From Candidatus Hydrogenedentota bacterium (lineage in GTDB: Bacteria; Hydrogenedentota; Hydrogenedentia; Hydrogenedentales; SLHB01): 64,000 nt of DNA. Shown here in pieces: positions 13,280 to 23,711 of this stretch. The DNA lies in assembly GCA_963745075.1 (NCBI GenBank), contig CAVUWV010000013.1:128001-192000 (forward strand), read 5' to 3'. The notes under the pieces are model-generated. The model searched no databases and was not told where the DNA came from. It was given only the letters and a program-made list of their open reading frames with translations. Each line of letters starts with the position of its first letter. Position 1 is the stretch's first letter. Made by a program: the position numbers and the translations under genes.

Positions 13280-14773
13280 ATGGCTGTACTTGCAAAGCTG
13301 CCGGTGGTTGTGGGCTCTTCGATGTCCGGGCTCCTGATCAGTGACGCGCTGTCGCGGGAAGGAATCGAACACTACCTGATCGGCGGCGACCGGCCACACA
13401 GCGTGCCGCGTCTGGGCGAGTCCATGAACGAGTGCGCCAGCCCTGAGTTGTGGCGCTATTATGCGCGCTTGTTTCCCCAGCACTTCTACCCGAAGAACCA
13501 CATCAGCCTATTGAATGGCCCGTTCGCATCCATGTTGCACTTCGGTAATCCCGCGTGTCCGTTCACCGAGGTGATCGAAGAGTTTGCCAATCTCCCCGAT
13601 GAGTTTATGCCGCTTCGCGCCAAGTATTTGACCCATATCGATCGCGTTGGATTCGATCAGTCCTTATACGACAAGATACGTGCGAACGGGTCTTGCCGTT
13701 TTGTGCAGGCGCGCGTTACGTCATTGCGTCATGATGTGGACACGGACTGCGTTGAGCGGATCGATCTTGATAATGGGGAGACCATCGAATCGCCGCCGTA
13801 CGTGTTTGACGCGTCCGGGCCGCGCGGCGCGGTCGCCGCTGCGGCTGGAGTCGGAACCCGATACGTGAGTACCGAACAGCGGGTCGTTTGGACCCACTAC
13901 CGCCGTGACTCGTCCCGGACCGACGATCCGTGGTGGATGTTCGGTACCAATCTGTTGCGGCTTGACCATGCAAATGACACCATCGATGGCATATCGTGGA
14001 TGATTCCATTGGGGAACACGGTCAGCGTGGGAATCAGTGTAGACGCGTGCGACGACGCCGTCGCGAGCCGGGACGCAAATGAAGTCATGCTGCTGCTGGG
14101 AGACGCCTATGCCCGGCGAGGCGTGGACTATCAAGTCCGGTTTCCCGCGCAACTTCCGAATCAGGAGATCACGCACCGCTACTTCATTCGCGACCGCGCC
14201 TACGGTGCGAATTGGGTCCTTGCCGGCGGTACCTTTGTGCAGATCTGGTTCCCCAGCTCTTCCGGGGTGTGGGCGGCGACGGCGGCGGCGGGAATGGTCA
14301 AGGAATTGATTGATCGTCCGCAATACGCCGGCGCGAAGTACGAATCGATCATGCGAGGTCTCTTGAAATTTCACGGTTCGCTGGACGAAATGATCCACGG
14401 CAGCGTGTTTGGCACCCGGACCGACGTTTACCGATTCTGGGCACGCTGGGTATCGCTGATTCCGAAACGGGTATCCGACTATCTACTCATCAGCAAGAAC
14501 AAACTCGAACCGGGATCCGCCATCTTTCGCGGGCTGGAGCTTTGGTGCCGGGCAATGGCGCGGTCACCGAGGTTGACACTGTTTTTCGGCGGGTTGGGAC
14601 TTATCCGCTGCCATCATTGCTCGGAGTTGCAGGAATTGGCGGCGGCCTTCCCCGATTATCGAATGTCGGCACGATTCAGACTGCGCAATTTCGTCCGAGG
14701 GGTCCATTACATGATTGCGCCTTCGTTGGGGGGACACCCGGTATCGGCGATGGAAGGCGATCCGGCGCGGTAG
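13280..14773 (+). CDS. Divergent FAD-dependent oxidoreductase, flavin-halogenase-like
   Basis: VVVGSSMSG, PRLGESM, FYPKN, IDRVGFD, FDASG, SWMIPL, SSGV; purine-rich RBS before ATG 13280. Confidence 0.7.
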   Translation: MAVLAKLPVVVGSSMSGLLISDALSREGIEHYLIGGDRPHSVPRLGESMNECASPELWRYYARLFPQHFYPKNHISLLNGPFASMLHFGNPACPFTEVIEEFANLPDEFMPLRAKYLTHIDRVGFDQSLYDKIRANGSCRFVQARVTSLRHDVDTDCVERIDLDNGETIESPPYVFDASGPRGAVAAAAGVGTRYVSTEQRVVWTHYRRDSSRTDDPWWMFGTNLLRLDHANDTIDGISWMIPLGNTVSVGISVDACDDAVASRDANEVMLLLGDAYARRGVDYQVRFPAQLPNQEITHRYFIRDRAYGANWVLAGGTFVQIWFPSSSGVWAATAAAGMVKELIDRPQYAGAKYESIMRGLLKFHGSLDEMIHGSVFGTRTDVYRFWARWVSLIPKRVSDYLLISKNKLEPGSAIFRGLELWCRAMARSPRLTLFFGGLGLIRCHHCSELQELAAAFPDYRMSARFRLRNFVRGVHYMIAPSLGGHPVSAMEGDPAR

Positions 14774-14803
14774 TGCATTTTGACGTTTTCCGTGTCCTCT
14801 CAA

Positions 14804-14931
14804 TCGTACTTCGTGCTCGCTCTCATACTCGACGAAATGCCGGGTCTTGCCACAGTGGAACAACGGCGTGTTGGGTTAACCAGACCGAATCTCTTTCCGC
14901 TCGATAATCCGAGTATAAGCACGAAGTACGA
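14804..14931. repeat. Intergenic inverted repeat with perfect 14-bp arms (MITE/REP-like)
   Basis: TCGTACTTCGTGCT at 14804-14817 and AGCACGAAGTACGA at 14918-14931, with extra CTCG/CGAG hexamer-like units. Confidence 0.75.
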
Positions 14932-14993
14932 GAACGAGTACGTGAAGACAGCGGCGGCAACGAAAAAACTCAAACTGTTGTTGCACCCGTATC

Positions 14994-15914
14994 TCATATT
15001 CCGCCAATGGCTGTAATCAACCATTGGTCACCTTCGCGTCCGCCGGCTAGCACGATACTCGCCTGGTCCTGTTGCCCGACGAAGTGGACGGGTTCTACCC
15101 GCGCAAAATCGCCTTCGATACGAATTGTCGCTTGGTCGATGATGAGCTGCGACCCGGTAAAGCCGCCCGCCACTTTGTACGTTTGGAAGAGCGCACGGAG
15201 ATCCGTCTTTCCGCGTCCGCCCTCGTCGGAGTACGCGTCCGAGTATGCGGTCATCAGCGTGTCGATATCGCCGTTCTCCAACGCAGTCTTCATGGTCGTC
15301 AATAGCAACCGGATCTTATCCTCGTCGGTCATGGCCTCCGAGTACACGATTCCCTCGCCCGCTTTGGGGGCCCAGAACCCAAAGAAGTTCCGCATCACGT
15401 AGAGGGTGGTGGGAACCGCCGCGAGGGCAACGACGACCGCGAGCCCGGCAAGAATCTGCCGCACCGGAAGTGGTTTGCGCTTCTTGATCTGAATCGCGAT
15501 GCCGCCCACGGTGACCCGTTCGCCAGCAAGTGCGCGCCGCAGCTTGTCTTCGAGGTTACCGAGGGTTTCGTTGATCGTGATGAAGGCCCGGTGCCATTCC
15601 GTGTGAAGTTTCCGCACGGCGACTTCGGACTGGCTGTAGATGGACTGCAACGTCGTGGCGCCCGCGATGATGTTGACGATGTCCCGCGAGAATTTGCAGT
15701 CCGGCCCTAAACGGTCGCGGAGAATCTGGTGTTCTCGCGCCAGACCGCTTTTGATCTGGAGAAACATGGCCTCCAGTTGCAGCTTGTTGACACCGGGGCT
15801 CGGAAAGGCGGTAATAATCTGGTTGAAACGTACCCAACTGTCCAAAAACGCGCGGCATCGCTGGATATGCCGTTCCAGAACCTCGGTGCCCTGCACACCT
15901 TGTCTGCCTTGCAT
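14994..15914 (-). CDS. Hypothetical membrane protein: helical N-domain, one TM helix, NTF2/SnoaL-like C-domain
   Basis: TM ILAGLAVVVALAAVP; ALENGDIDTLMTAYSDAY...WLIT pattern; start 15914 or 15932. Confidence 0.6.
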   Translation of the reverse strand: MQGRQGVQGTEVLERHIQRCRAFLDSWVRFNQIITAFPSPGVNKLQLEAMFLQIKSGLAREHQILRDRLGPDCKFSRDIVNIIAGATTLQSIYSQSEVAVRKLHTEWHRAFITINETLGNLEDKLRRALAGERVTVGGIAIQIKKRKPLPVRQILAGLAVVVALAAVPTTLYVMRNFFGFWAPKAGEGIVYSEAMTDEDKIRLLLTTMKTALENGDIDTLMTAYSDAYSDEGGRGKTDLRALFQTYKVAGGFTGSQLIIDQATIRIEGDFARVEPVHFVGQQDQASIVLAGGREGDQWLITAIGGI

Positions 15915-16028
15915 CAGACGAACGGCTCCCATCTAAGAACGAACTTAGACTATGCCATTCCGGGGATTTTGTCAATGCCGCAATCGCGCGCTAGTGAAAC
16001 AGATCGGTGTGGGGGATGCGCCAAGTGC

Positions 16029-17963
16029 TTACTGCACCGATTCCGGCACCCGCTGACCCAGGTATTGGCGGACGGACGCGGCGATGCCTTCCGCGTCTAA
16101 TCCGACATCGGCGAGTTGCTCGTCGCGGGTCGCATGTTCGAGATAGGCGTCGGGGAATCCGATTCGCCGGACGCGGACTTCGTCCAGGATTCCCGCTTGC
16201 TCGAAATGCTCCAGCACCCCTGAACCGAACCCACCGGGCAGCGTGTTCTCTTCGACGGTAATGATGGGGAGGCCTTTAAGCCGGTCCAGCAACTTCCCGT
16301 CGAGGGGTTTGGCAAATCGCGCGTCTGCGACGCCGATGGAAAGTCCTTCACGTTGCAGCGTTTCGGCCACTTCCAGGCAGGTTGCGATAACAGGGCCGAT
16401 GGCAAGCAGTGTGGCGTCGGTGCCTTCGCGCAGGATTTCGCCCCGCGTAATATCGCGGCCGTTGGGGGAGCCAATGGTCGGCGCTTTGCTTCGCGCGTAC
16501 CGGATGGCGACCGGGCCCGGTTGTTGGAGGGCCCATTTCAACATGAGGCTGGTGTCTGCGTCGTCACGCGCCGCGAGAACCGTCAGCCCGGGCACGGCCC
16601 GAAGGAAGGACACGTCGAACGCGCCCTGCTGGGTCGGGCTGTCTTCGCCGACGGCACCGGCCCGGTCGATGGCGAACACGACCGGCAAATTCTGCATGCA
16701 CACGTCGTGGATGACCTGGTCGTAGGCCCGTTGCAGGAACGTGGAATAGATCGCGCACACCGGCCGCATGCCCTGCGTCGCAAGACCGGCGGCAAAGGTG
16801 ACCGCGTGTTGCTCGCAGATCCCCACATCGAAGGTGCGCTCCGGGAATTCCTTTTCGAACTTGCTGAGCCCGGTGCCGGTCGGCATTGCCGCCGTGATTC
16901 CGACAATCTTGTCGTTCTCGCGGGCCGCTTCAATCATCGCGTTTGCGAACGCACTGGTGAAAGTGGGGACAGGCGGAGCGCTGGAGCCCGACCCCTGGAA
17001 TTTGCCCGTGTTGATATCGAAGGCTTGGACGCCGTGATAGGTGAGCGGATCTTCTTCCGCGTAACTGTAGCCCTTGCCCTTCTTGGTCACGCAATGGAAG
17101 AAGACAGGACCGCTGGTCTTCTTCATGTTGCCCAGACACTCGACCAGGGTGTCGAGATCGTGCCCGTCCACGGGTCCGACGTATCGGAGCCCGAGTGCTT
17201 CAAACATGGAGCCTGGAGTGAGAAAACCCTTGACGGAATGCTCGAGACGCTCGGCAGCCCGGGTGAGGTTTTGTCCGATGGTCCGCTCCATGAACGTGTG
17301 CAAATCCCCGCGCGCACGGGTATACAGTCCACCGGTGATCAAGCGGTTAAAATAGGCGGACATGGCGCCCACATTCTTCGAGATCGACATGTTGTTGTCG
17401 TTCAAAATGACGATGAGATCCGTCCCCAAGTGGCCAGCATGGCTCAGCGCCTCGAAGGCCATCCCCGCCGTCATGGCGCCGTCGCCGATAACCGCGATGG
17501 CCCGCCCGCTTTTCTGGGTCAGGGAACGGGCAACTGCCATGCCGAGCGAGGCGGAAATCAACGTCGAGCTGTGCCCAACGCCGAATACGTCGTAGGGACT
17601 TTCGTTGCGTTTGGGGTAGCCGCTGAGGCCGCCCTTCTTGCGGATGGTAGGCAAGCGATCCCGGCGGCCGGTCACGAGTTTGTGCGCATAGCACTGGTGG
17701 CCAACGTCCCACACCAGCATGTCCTCTTCGGTGTCGAAGACGTAGTGCAGCGCCAGCGTCAACTCGACCACGCCGAGGTGGGGCGCCAGATGGCCCCCGT
17801 TGACCGATGCCGTCGCGATGATCTTATGCCGAATCTCCTCCGCAAGGGTCTTCAACTGGTCCAACTTCAGGGTCTTGAGATCCCGCGGCGAGTTGACTGT
17901 GTCCAGGATGGGCGTGTTGAGATAATCTTGAGGGGAGTTGGGCTCGCCGTTACTCGAAGTCAT
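16029..17963 (-). CDS. dxs: 1-deoxy-D-xylulose-5-phosphate synthase
   Basis: GGHLAPHLGVVEL, WDVGHQ, GDGAMTAG, ILNDN, GICEQHAV, IDRAG. Confidence 0.97.
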   Translation of the reverse strand: MTSSNGEPNSPQDYLNTPILDTVNSPRDLKTLKLDQLKTLAEEIRHKIIATASVNGGHLAPHLGVVELTLALHYVFDTEEDMLVWDVGHQCYAHKLVTGRRDRLPTIRKKGGLSGYPKRNESPYDVFGVGHSSTLISASLGMAVARSLTQKSGRAIAVIGDGAMTAGMAFEALSHAGHLGTDLIVILNDNNMSISKNVGAMSAYFNRLITGGLYTRARGDLHTFMERTIGQNLTRAAERLEHSVKGFLTPGSMFEALGLRYVGPVDGHDLDTLVECLGNMKKTSGPVFFHCVTKKGKGYSYAEEDPLTYHGVQAFDINTGKFQGSGSSAPPVPTFTSAFANAMIEAARENDKIVGITAAMPTGTGLSKFEKEFPERTFDVGICEQHAVTFAAGLATQGMRPVCAIYSTFLQRAYDQVIHDVCMQNLPVVFAIDRAGAVGEDSPTQQGAFDVSFLRAVPGLTVLAARDDADTSLMLKWALQQPGPVAIRYARSKAPTIGSPNGRDITRGEILREGTDATLLAIGPVIATCLEVAETLQREGLSIGVADARFAKPLDGKLLDRLKGLPIITVEENTLPGGFGSGVLEHFEQAGILDEVRVRRIGFPDAYLEHATRDEQLADVGLDAEGIAASVRQYLGQRVPESVQ

Positions 17964-18189
17964 GTATCAAAAGCCTCTTTTGGTCTGTTGCAATCGACTT
18001 ACACTACCCGGGCCGCGGCCTCTCACCTACGCAAAGCCCGATAAAATCGCATAATCGCGGACATAATCTCAGGGGAGATCATAGTCTGCCGCCGTCCTTT
18101 GGACAACCCCACGCGAATTGCACCGAAGCAGCAAGTATATCAAAACACGGGGTTTGCCGTGCAACTAACGCCTCTCGCGGCAGTTGCGG

Positions 18190-19725
18190 CTACTTCCGCG
18201 CCATCTCCCGCAACTCCCGTTTGAGGATCTTTCCCGTGGGGCCTTTGGGCAGGGCCGGCACGATTTCGACCGCTTTGGGGCACTTATACTTGGCCAGCCG
18301 TTCCAGGCAGTACTCGCGTAACACGTGTTCGGTAACCGATTGACCGTCCCGTAGGGCGGCATACGCTTTGACTTCCTCGCCGCGCAATGCGTCGGGCACG
18401 CCCACGACGGCTACCTCGAGCACGGCAGGATGGGCGTGCAGCACTTCCTCGACTTCGCGGGGGTAAATGTTCATTCCACCCCGAATGATAATGTCTTTCA
18501 GCCGGTCCACGATGTAGAAATAACCGTCTTCGTCGCACTTTCCGAGATCGCCTGTGTGGAGCCAGCCGTTGATGATGGTTTCCTTGGTGGCGACGGGCTT
18601 CTTGTAGTAGGCCTTCATCACGTTGTGGCCGCGGATAACGATTTCGCCCACCTCTTCGGCTTCCGCGAAGGAACCGTCCTCCCGCATGATGCGCATCTCG
18701 CAACCCCAGATCGGGATGCCGATGGATCCCGGCTTGCAAGGCCGGTCGGTGACGTTGAACGATGCGACGGGGCTGGTCTCGGACAGGCCGTACCCTTCCA
18801 GAATCTGAAGGCCGAATTTTTCCTTGAACTGGTTGATGATTTCCACCGGGAGAGAAGAGGCCCCGGATACCGCCATCCGTAGTGAAGACAAATCGCAGTC
18901 GTGATCCTCCGCGCAGTTCAGCAGAAACGCGTACATCGTCGGAACCAGACCGATCACCGTCACCTTGTCGCGTTCGATGACCTTCACCACGTGCTCGGTG
19001 TCGAATTGGGGGACCATCGTAATGGTGGCGCCCGCCATGAAGCCTGCGTTCATGATGCAGGTCTGGCCGAAGGAGTGGAACAAGGGAAGCACTGCGAGCG
19101 CGACATCGTCCGGGCGCGCCTGGATAATCTTTTCCTTCGCATAGTAGGCGTTGAAGAACATGTTGAAGTGCGTCAATTCCGCGCCCTTGGGCCGGCCGGT
19201 CGTGCCGCTCGTGTACAAGATGACGGCGGTGTCGTCCGGCATGGTCTGGATCAGATCAAACTCATGCGATGCCCCCAGCACGAGAGGCATCAGCAACTCG
19301 CCCTCCGGCGGAGCATCCATATCGTCCGGCGTACTGACGACGAGCAGTTGATGACAGGTGTCGGTCGCATTGAACGCGTGGACCGCCTCGTCGTAAAACC
19401 CGCGCCACGTGACGAAAACCTTGGCGTCGGAGTCCTCCAGGTAGTACTGAATTTCGTGGGACTTGAGGAGGACGTTCACCGGCACCACGGTTGCCCCGGT
19501 GTTCAGAATACCGTAGTACACCATGGGGAAATGGGGGGTGTTGGGAATCATGACGGCGACCTTGTCACCCTTCTCGATGCCCTTGTCGACGAGAATATTC
19601 GCGATACGTTTCGCAAAGGCATTGACTTCGGCGTAGGTGAACTTGTAGTCATCCAATATGACCGCGGTCCGGTCCGCGTAGCTCTCGGCAGAGATTTCAA
19701 GGTATTGGGCGAGATTGAGGCTCAT
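18190..19725 (-). CDS. Long-chain fatty acid--CoA ligase
   Basis: YTSGTTGRPKG, EGYGLSETSP, HTGDLG, LPKGPTGKILKR. Confidence 0.92.
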   Translation of the reverse strand: MSLNLAQYLEISAESYADRTAVILDDYKFTYAEVNAFAKRIANILVDKGIEKGDKVAVMIPNTPHFPMVYYGILNTGATVVPVNVLLKSHEIQYYLEDSDAKVFVTWRGFYDEAVHAFNATDTCHQLLVVSTPDDMDAPPEGELLMPLVLGASHEFDLIQTMPDDTAVILYTSGTTGRPKGAELTHFNMFFNAYYAKEKIIQARPDDVALAVLPLFHSFGQTCIMNAGFMAGATITMVPQFDTEHVVKVIERDKVTVIGLVPTMYAFLLNCAEDHDCDLSSLRMAVSGASSLPVEIINQFKEKFGLQILEGYGLSETSPVASFNVTDRPCKPGSIGIPIWGCEMRIMREDGSFAEAEEVGEIVIRGHNVMKAYYKKPVATKETIINGWLHTGDLGKCDEDGYFYIVDRLKDIIIRGGMNIYPREVEEVLHAHPAVLEVAVVGVPDALRGEEVKAYAALRDGQSVTEHVLREYCLERLAKYKCPKAVEIVPALPKGPTGKILKRELREMARK

Positions 19726-19959
19726 GTCGGAACTCCTTGCGAGCACTAACCAAGACAAGCATTGCCAATTCAGTGACTGGATTATATTCCGGGGGCACCA
19801 TACCTTCCAAGGGCATGCGCGGCGCGACGATTCCGCTCGAAACCGCGCGGAACGTCTGGTACACTAAGCGGCGCGCGGAATCGGTCGTCTCCGTGTGCTC
19901 CCAGATGCATTCGGTGACCCGCCCTTTTGTCTTGTCACAGCCAGTACGGAGCGATACCC

Positions 19960-21328
19960 ATGACGGATCTTCCAAAGAACGAGACGTGGGAACAGATCGA
20001 GGAGTTGGTCGAACGCCACGACGGCGCGGAACTGACGGCGTACCTCGCCCAGTTGTCGCCGGCCGAGTTGGCCCGTGCCATCTCCCGGCTCGACGAGGAA
20101 GACCAGTCCGCCGTCTTGACACTGCTCGATCCCGAGGACGCGGCGGACCTCATCGAGGAACTCCATGAAATCGTTGGCGCCGACCTGATCGAGGATCTGC
20201 CCGTTCCCCAGGCCGCGGCCATCCTGGACGAGATGGACAGTGACGTGCGCGCGGACGTGCTGGGCGAACTCGACTTGCCGGATCTGGAAGCCATTCTGCT
20301 TCAGATGAGCCCGGAAGAGGCGCAGGACGCGCGGGCGCTGCTCGTATACCCCGCCGAAACCGCCGGCGGCCTGATGATCACGGAGTATCTCGCCTATAAC
20401 GAGAAGCTCCGGGTACACCGACGTCCTGAACGATCTCCGCGAGAATGCGGAGACGTACTCGGACTACGGTGTGCAATACGTCTACGTCGTTTCCGACAAG
20501 GGCAACCTGGTCGGCGTGGTGCGCCTGCGCGACCTGGTGCTATCGCCCGGCAGTACCCCGTTGGCGGCGATCCAGATTCCGAATCCCATCAGCGTGAGCG
20601 TGGACGCGCCCCTCGAAGAGCTGGAGCAGGTCTTCGACCGCCACATGTTCTTTGGTGTGCCGGTCGTGGATAACTTCGGAAAGATGGTCGGCGTCGTCGA
20701 ACGAGCGGACGTCGAAGAAGCCCACGGTGAAGTGGCGGAGCGGGCCTTCCTGCGTTTCGGTGGTATCGTCGGCGGCGATGAGTTGCGCAGCATGTCGCTG
20801 ACGTCGCGTACTCTGCGCCGGCTTTCGTTCCTCAGTCCGAACATTTTTCTCAACATGATCGCCGCGAGTGTCATCGCCGCGTATGAAGGAACGCTCGTTA
20901 AGATTATCGCGCTTGCGGTGTTTCTGCCGATCATCTCCGACATGAGCGGATGTTCCGGAAATCAGGCCGTGGCCGTCAGCATTCGCGAACTCTCGCTTGG
21001 CCTCATCAAGCCGCGCGATTTCGTTCGCGTCTGGTGGAAGGAAGCGCAGGTCGGGATCATCAACGGGTTTGCCCTCGGCATCATGCTGGCGATCGTCGCG
21101 TATGTCTGGAAAGGGGATCTCTGGCTGGCGGGGGTGGTAGGTGCTGCGCTGGCATTAAACACGCTGGTCGCGGTTTCGCTGGGGGGAACGATTCCGCTGG
21201 CACTGCGCGGTCTCAAACTGGATCCGGCTCTGGCCGCCGCACCCATCCTGACCACCGTGACCGACATGTGCGGATTCTTTCTGAGCCTGAGTCTTGCCGC
21301 GGCGGCCCTGAGCGCCGGCAAGATCTGA
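19960..21328 (+). CDS. mgtE: Magnesium transporter MgtE; frameshift near 20415
   Basis: Acidic N-domain, ETAGGLM, CBS pair, DMSGCSGNQ, DPALAAAPILTTVTD; split over ORFs 19927..20673 and 20471..21328. Confidence 0.92.
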
Positions 21329-21373
21329 GTGCCCCATTTCGTTTTCCGCAATTCCGCCGGGTAAGATGCGGCC

Positions 21374-22582
21374 ATGACGGAAAAGCGGCTCACGATCACC
21401 GAGGGCATGCGCAAGATCCTCGATTATCCGAAGTTCGTCGGGCGGACGCGTATGTTGGTACTCGAAACGCAGTACTTTTTCGACCGGAGTTGGATTCGCG
21501 CCGCCGAATCGTTGGGATGGGAGACCGCGACGGTTCCTTCAGTAATGACCGGTGGACTTACCCGCGAGCAAATCGCCGACTTGTTTCAAACCATCGGCTC
21601 GTTCAAACCCCACTTTATTCTCACTTCGAACTATGCGGGGATGGATGAAATGGGGATGTTCGCACGCTTCTTCGAGGATGCTCGGATACCCTACGTGAGC
21701 TGGTTTACGGATACTCCCCGAATGATCCTCTTCGGGCGAACGGTTCATTGTTCGCCCTACAGCGTGGCGGCAACGTGGGAACGGGCGTACATCCCGCATC
21801 TGGAGGCACATGGGTTCCCGCACGTCCTGTACATGCCGCACGCAACCGATCCGTTGCTGTTCCATGGCGAACCCCAGTTACAACACGAACGCGATCTTGC
21901 CTTTGTCGGAGTTTCCATGATCGAACAGGCCAACGAGGCGTGGGAGAAACTGGAGGCGAATATCCCGCTGAAGCAGGCGGTCCGGGACGCATTCGACCAT
22001 GGGCGGGTGACGCGCGAGGCGTTTGCGAACGGCGTGGACTCGATCCTCGATCCCAGTCTGTTGAACGCCGCCGACGAGAGCGATCGCCGCAACGCGGAAC
22101 TCTGTCTGGTATACGAAGCCACCCGTCGTATCCGCACGGATTTGGTCCGCCGACTGGCGCCGCTGGGGGTGGACGTGTTCGGCGACGACGCATGGAACAC
22201 CGTCCATTCGACGTGCTACGGCGACGTTTCATACTTTGACGGCCTCTCGCACCTCTATCGATCCACCGCCATCAATCTGAACGCCACCAGCCTCCAGATG
22301 CGAACCTCCGTAAACCAGCGCGTCTTCGATTGCCCCGCTGCCGGCGGGTTTCTCATCACCGACGCGCAATCCGACTTGGAGGAACTCTTCGACCCGGAAA
22401 CAGAGGTGGTTGTGTACGCTACCCTCGACGAACTCGAAGACAAGGTCCGATACTACGCCGTCCGACCGGAGGAGCGGACTGCCATAATCCGCGCCGCCCA
22501 GCGCCGCGTCGCTGCGCACCATACGCATGCCCACCGGCTATCGCAGGTGGAACGGTATTTGAAAGAGCGCTTTGCGAATTGA
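21374..22582 (+). CDS. CgeB-family (Glyco_trans_1_2) glycosyltransferase
   Basis: SWFTDTP, LAFVG, INLNATSLQM..VNQRVFDCPAAGGFLITD, HTHAHR. Confidence 0.85.
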   Translation: MTEKRLTITEGMRKILDYPKFVGRTRMLVLETQYFFDRSWIRAAESLGWETATVPSVMTGGLTREQIADLFQTIGSFKPHFILTSNYAGMDEMGMFARFFEDARIPYVSWFTDTPRMILFGRTVHCSPYSVAATWERAYIPHLEAHGFPHVLYMPHATDPLLFHGEPQLQHERDLAFVGVSMIEQANEAWEKLEANIPLKQAVRDAFDHGRVTREAFANGVDSILDPSLLNAADESDRRNAELCLVYEATRRIRTDLVRRLAPLGVDVFGDDAWNTVHSTCYGDVSYFDGLSHLYRSTAINLNATSLQMRTSVNQRVFDCPAAGGFLITDAQSDLEELFDPETEVVVYATLDELEDKVRYYAVRPEERTAIIRAAQRRVAAHHTHAHRLSQVERYLKERFAN

Positions 22583-22588
22583 TTCCGT

Positions 22589-23689
22589 TCATTCCTCCGG
22601 CATGAAAGGGTCCCAAATGGTCGCGGCGATGTAGCGTTCCTTGGCGGATGCGTCGTTGAAGTACACGCAGGTCACGATCTTTCCGTCGGGACGCTGCGCG
22701 CTTCGGGGGTAGCCGAGATCCCAGCGCGCGCCGTCGTGACGGAGAACGATTTCCGGGCTCCAGGTCTGGCCTTCGTCATCGGACAGCATGGCGCGCAGGC
22801 CGTACGGTGCGTGACGCCAACCGTAGGTGAGCGCGATCCGGCCGTCGGCCAGCCGAATCATGCTCGCGGGATTGCCGTCGTTGTCGATATAGGGCTTGTC
22901 CAGCAGATACCACGTCTTCCCTTCATCCGGCGAAAGGTACGCGTCTAGCCACCAGCGCTTCTGCCCGTCGAATTGCCCGCCATGCCGGATCATGGTGAGA
23001 AAAGCGCCGCTCGTCAGCCGTACGGTTGATGGCATGATGGCATAGCCATAGCTGTTCACCGGCGGCTGTTCTCCAATCCAGCCGACCAATTCCCATGTCA
23101 GGCCGCCGTCCGTCGTGCGGGCGCAATAGGGCCAGCCCTCGCTGCCGTTGTCCTTGGGCGACGTGAGAAACACGAACATGTCGCGTTCGCCATTGACGAT
23201 GTAGTCCGTTCGCGCCAGCACACCCGGTCGCCCGAAATTCGGGAATGTGTAAGGTCCGTTCCAGGTCTTGCAGCGGTCCGTGCTGTAGTAAAAGGCCGCG
23301 CCCTGCGACCGGAACTTGATCGCGAAATTCGGTTCCGCGAAATCGATCGGCTCCTGGAGCTCGGTGGGTTCGGCTTCGTTCTCGTTTTCGTCCAGGAAAG
23401 ACGGCTTCTCAACGGTCCAGGTCTCGCCGCCATCCAACGTACGCGCCTGGCGTTGCGTGGTAGGCGGCTTGATGGGATGGCCGCCCCTCTTGTCGTCGTC
23501 AAACTGCCCGACCACGAAACCGACGACCATTTCGTTGCCCCAGGACCACATGCCGTTATTCGCCGGCCAACCCGCGAACTTGTCGGTCTCTTTGAACACG
23601 ACCACATTCTTCACATCCGGCAACAATTGGGCCGTTGCGGAAAGGCTTATCAGCACTCCCAGGCATAGCGTATTCAGTTGGCGAACCAT
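22589..23689 (-). CDS. Secreted BNR/sialidase-family protein
   Basis: Signal peptide, GWPANNGMW, Asp-boxes (TLDGGETW, TTDGGLTW, SDDEGQTW), DLGYPR. Confidence 0.85.
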   Translation of the reverse strand: MVRQLNTLCLGVLISLSATAQLLPDVKNVVVFKETDKFAGWPANNGMWSWGNEMVVGFVVGQFDDDKRGGHPIKPPTTQRQARTLDGGETWTVEKPSFLDENENEAEPTELQEPIDFAEPNFAIKFRSQGAAFYYSTDRCKTWNGPYTFPNFGRPGVLARTDYIVNGERDMFVFLTSPKDNGSEGWPYCARTTDGGLTWELVGWIGEQPPVNSYGYAIMPSTVRLTSGAFLTMIRHGGQFDGQKRWWLDAYLSPDEGKTWYLLDKPYIDNDGNPASMIRLADGRIALTYGWRHAPYGLRAMLSDDEGQTWSPEIVLRHDGARWDLGYPRSAQRPDGKIVTCVYFNDASAKERYIAATIWDPFMPEE

Positions 23690-23711
23690 GGTGTGTCTCC
23701 TGTTGCTCCAG

